From a virus (taxonomy: Duplodnaviria > Caudoviricetes), in the IMG/VR virus record IMGVR_UViG_3300020227_000045, positions 1-64,000 of that record: a stretch of 64,000 nt of DNA. One strand, 5' to 3'. The notes under the pieces are model-generated. The model was not told the DNA's origin. It saw only the letters and a list, made by a program, of their open reading frames with translations, and did not search any database. Position 1 is the stretch's first letter; each line of letters opens with the position of its first letter. Shown here one piece after another: positions 61,501 through 64,000 of this stretch. Both the position numbers and the translations under genes were made by a program.

Positions 61501-62092
61501 AAGAGATATACAAGAACTAGGTGGTATGAAGCATGTTGCGAAGAATAACTATGGTCGTAATATGTGGAGAATCATGGATAAGTTCCAAGTACTACCTACA
61601 GATGAAAGATTCCAAAATCTATCCCCTGACCAAATAGAGTACATATTTGCTAATATGGAAATGGACATGAAAGAACAACAAAGAATGGCTAAAGGACTTA
61701 AAAACACAGTTGAAGATGATGATGATTCATGGTGGAGTGAAGACTCTGAAACGTTTGACCCATTACGTGAAGACCATGATGAAGATGATTTAGCTAAACA
61801 GGTAGATGCTTTACTTTCTGAAACAGAAAGACGTAAGAAAGCAGAACGTATTAAAGCTGATGATTACTCAGAAGAAGAACAAGAAATGATTAAACAAAAC
61901 CATCAAGATGAAGTTAGAGATTATATTAATAAACAACTCGAAGAACTTGATGATGAAGTAAGCAATGGAAAAACTAAAGAAGAAAAACCTTCTACAACAA
62001 TTCCAGAAGATATGACTAAAGATGATTTAGAAAGTGCAATAAGCTTATTCAATGGTACAGAAGAAGAAACAGATGATTTCTTCGATATTTAA
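61463..62092 (+). CDS. Second tail assembly chaperone ORF (possibly +1 frameshift extension)
   Basis: W.IM..F.VLPT..RF motif; overlaps the previous ORF in the +1 frame. Confidence 0.75.
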   Translation: MIGWTFNQPFVTRRDIQELGGMKHVAKNNYGRNMWRIMDKFQVLPTDERFQNLSPDQIEYIFANMEMDMKEQQRMAKGLKNTVEDDDDSWWSEDSETFDPLREDHDEDDLAKQVDALLSETERRKKAERIKADDYSEEEQEMIKQNHQDEVRDYINKQLEELDDEVSNGKTKEEKPSTTIPEDMTKDDLESAISLFNGTEEETDDFFDI

Positions 62093-62146
62093 AGGTGGTG
62101 GTTAAAATCCACTACCTTATTTTTTTAGAAAAGTGGTGGTATACAA

Positions 62147-64000
62147 ATGGCAATGAATGAAACTTATAATTTAACCATAAATGGTGATGGTTCCAAGTTA
62201 AATAAGGAACTGGAGACAATACTTACAAATTTAAAATCTATTGAAAATCAAAATATGTCCAAGCCTTTAAAAGACTATGAACAAAAGATTAGAAAAGCTG
62301 TAGATTTAAATAAAGAATTACAAAAGATAATGAATAAAAACCAAGGTAATACAATTGTATCTTCTAAAGATATGAATAGTTCATTAAAGATAACACAAGA
62401 AATGACTAAACATATGAAAGACTTACAAGGTGTATTACAAGATGTTCAGAAGACTGGATTATCTAAAGGTATTAAAGCTGATTATGATATGTTGCATCAA
62501 ACATTAAATGGTTTGAATGGAACAATGAGTCAAACAATTAAACAACAAAAAGAGTTTAATGGTTTAAAAACAACAAGAGACCCTAACGTTCAAGCAATGA
62601 TTAAAGATTGGGAACGTTTAGGTAAAATGCCTAAAGAATACGAAAAGTCTGTGAAAAATATAGACAAAACAAAAGAAGCTAACAAGACTTTAAATAAACA
62701 AAGAAACAGAATTACATCTGCAAATGAAAGAGAACGTAGAGATGGTAGATATTCTGCTAGAGATGGTTCGGAAGTATCTAAAGCTTTAAACCAAGATTAC
62801 GACCAATATAGAAATGAGCTTAAGAAAGCTAAAGCTTCTTTAAAAGAGCTAAGAAAAAAACAAGATGATATTGCTAAAAACCAAGAGAAAGCAAATACAG
62901 ATTATTCAAGTAATAAAATCGGGAAAGATGAACATAGAGAACAAACAGCTTATAACTCTACCTTATCAAGTCAATATGATAAAGAGATTAAAGAGAGAGA
63001 AAAATATGTCTCTAACTTAAAAAGCATGACTAATGATTTAGGTAAAACGGGTGCAACAAGACAACAATTTGAACAAGGGAGAGTAGCTAGAAGTCGAGAT
63101 ACATTCTTAGGTACTGCTTTAGAACGAGCACCATCCATTGCATCTCACGCAACTATGGGAGTAGGTGGAGCATTAGGTTTACAATATGCTCAAGGTAAAA
63201 GCTCTCTAGAAGGTATTAGAGGAGAAGAAATAGCATTAGGACAACAAACAGGTGCAAGTGATTATTCTTCTTTAAGAAAAAACTTATTCCAAGCATCTGA
63301 TGATAGAGGTTTAGGATTTTCACCTTCAGAACTCGTTAAAATGTCTTCACAAGCTATGCAAGCAATTGGAGATAAAGGATTACCTAATCAACAAGAAATC
63401 ACAACAGAACTAGCTACAGGAGCTAGAGGTATGGGTGTAGCTGACACAGAATCTTACTTGAAATCTATGACAGATATTATGCACAGTGGTGGAATTGATG
63501 ATGACGTAGATTTAAAACAATTCCAAAAAACAGTATCTGGTGGTATTAAAGAATCAGGTATGAAAGCACAAGCAGATGAACAATTAAAAGCTTTATCTTC
63601 TATGTCTAATACAATAGGAGCTCAACGTGAACTTTCAACTGCTGATTTAAATTCTATTGCTAGCTTACAAGGTACTTTTGCAGAATCAGGAAATAAAGCA
63701 TTACAAGGTGAAAAAGGTGCAAATGCTTTAACTCAAATACAACAAGGTCTTTCTAATGCTTATCAAGACCCTGGAATGAGGAATATCATGGGGTTCGGTT
63801 CTGAATACACAGGTGTTACAGGAGCATGGCAACAAAGAAGAGATTTAGGAGACCCTAGTAAATTAGGGGAGAATTTAAGTCAATTCATGGGATTCTATGG
63901 TACAGCAACACCTGAACAAGAAGCTGCTACAGGTATGGGTCTTATGGATAATTTTGGACTTAGTGGTCAACAAGCCGAAGAAATCATGAAGTTGTATGAT
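62147..64000 (+). CDS. Tape measure protein (5' part; runs off the window)
   Basis: Open frame from ATG 62147 (MAMNETYNL..), phage K-like TMP N-terminus; absent from the ORF track because it has no stop in the window. Confidence 0.9.
   Translation, partial: MAMNETYNLTINGDGSKLNKELETILTNLKSIENQNMSKPLKDYEQKIRKAVDLNKELQKIMNKNQGNTIVSSKDMNSSLKITQEMTKHMKDLQGVLQDVQKTGLSKGIKADYDMLHQTLNGLNGTMSQTIKQQKEFNGLKTTRDPNVQAMIKDWERLGKMPKEYEKSVKNIDKTKEANKTLNKQRNRITSANERERRDGRYSARDGSEVSKALNQDYDQYRNELKKAKASLKELRKKQDDIAKNQEKANTDYSSNKIGKDEHREQTAYNSTLSSQYDKEIKEREKYVSNLKSMTNDLGKTGATRQQFEQGRVARSRDTFLGTALERAPSIASHATMGVGGALGLQYAQGKSSLEGIRGEEIALGQQTGASDYSSLRKNLFQASDDRGLGFSPSELVKMSSQAMQAIGDKGLPNQQEITTELATGARGMGVADTESYLKSMTDIMHSGGIDDDVDLKQFQKTVSGGIKESGMKAQADEQLKALSSMSNTIGAQRELSTADLNSIASLQGTFAESGNKALQGEKGANALTQIQQGLSNAYQDPGMRNIMGFGSEYTGVTGAWQQRRDLGDPSKLGENLSQFMGFYGTATPEQEAATGMGLMDNFGLSGQQAEEIMKLYD

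Overview
This is a 64-kb, very AT-rich segment of a virulent staphylococcal myovirus genome (Herelleviridae/Twortvirinae, phage K/Twort-like proteins; Sepunavirus-like is my inference). Left to right it holds: (1) an AT-rich, repeat- and promoter-dense terminal-repeat-like region with small rightward early genes (1-4.7 kb); (2) a long leftward block of accessory and early genes (5-24.4 kb) with a collagen/beta-helix fibre-like gene, three HNH endonucleases, a TnpB element, MazG/DUF1024/Lar/RinB-like genes, a RyR-domain gene, PhoH, RNase H and an XRE regulator; (3) a leftward portal-terminase module (24.4-34.8 kb); (4) a rightward region with 2-3 candidate large structured ncRNAs around two small genes (36.3-38.9 kb); (5) holin, endolysin and transglycosylase; (6) the head and tail morphogenesis operon, running into the tape-measure gene. 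The selfish-element load is extreme. By hand-splicing against remembered phage K protein sequences I reconstruct 14 group I introns: 7 in the large terminase (8 exons, one of 21 nt, 605 aa product), 3 in the endolysin, 3 in the tail tube gene, and one IStron-like element (group I ribozyme fused to an intact TnpB, GG-flanked) in a conserved head/neck gene. There is also a second GG-flanked TnpB element that appears inserted at a start codon, an IscB remnant that keeps its omegaRNA-like leader, and seven putative homing endonucleases. The strongest novelty candidates are the phage IStron (RNA-guided intron homing) and the large ncRNA cluster. No tRNA, rRNA or CRISPR array was recognised. All homology calls are from memory, not database searches.
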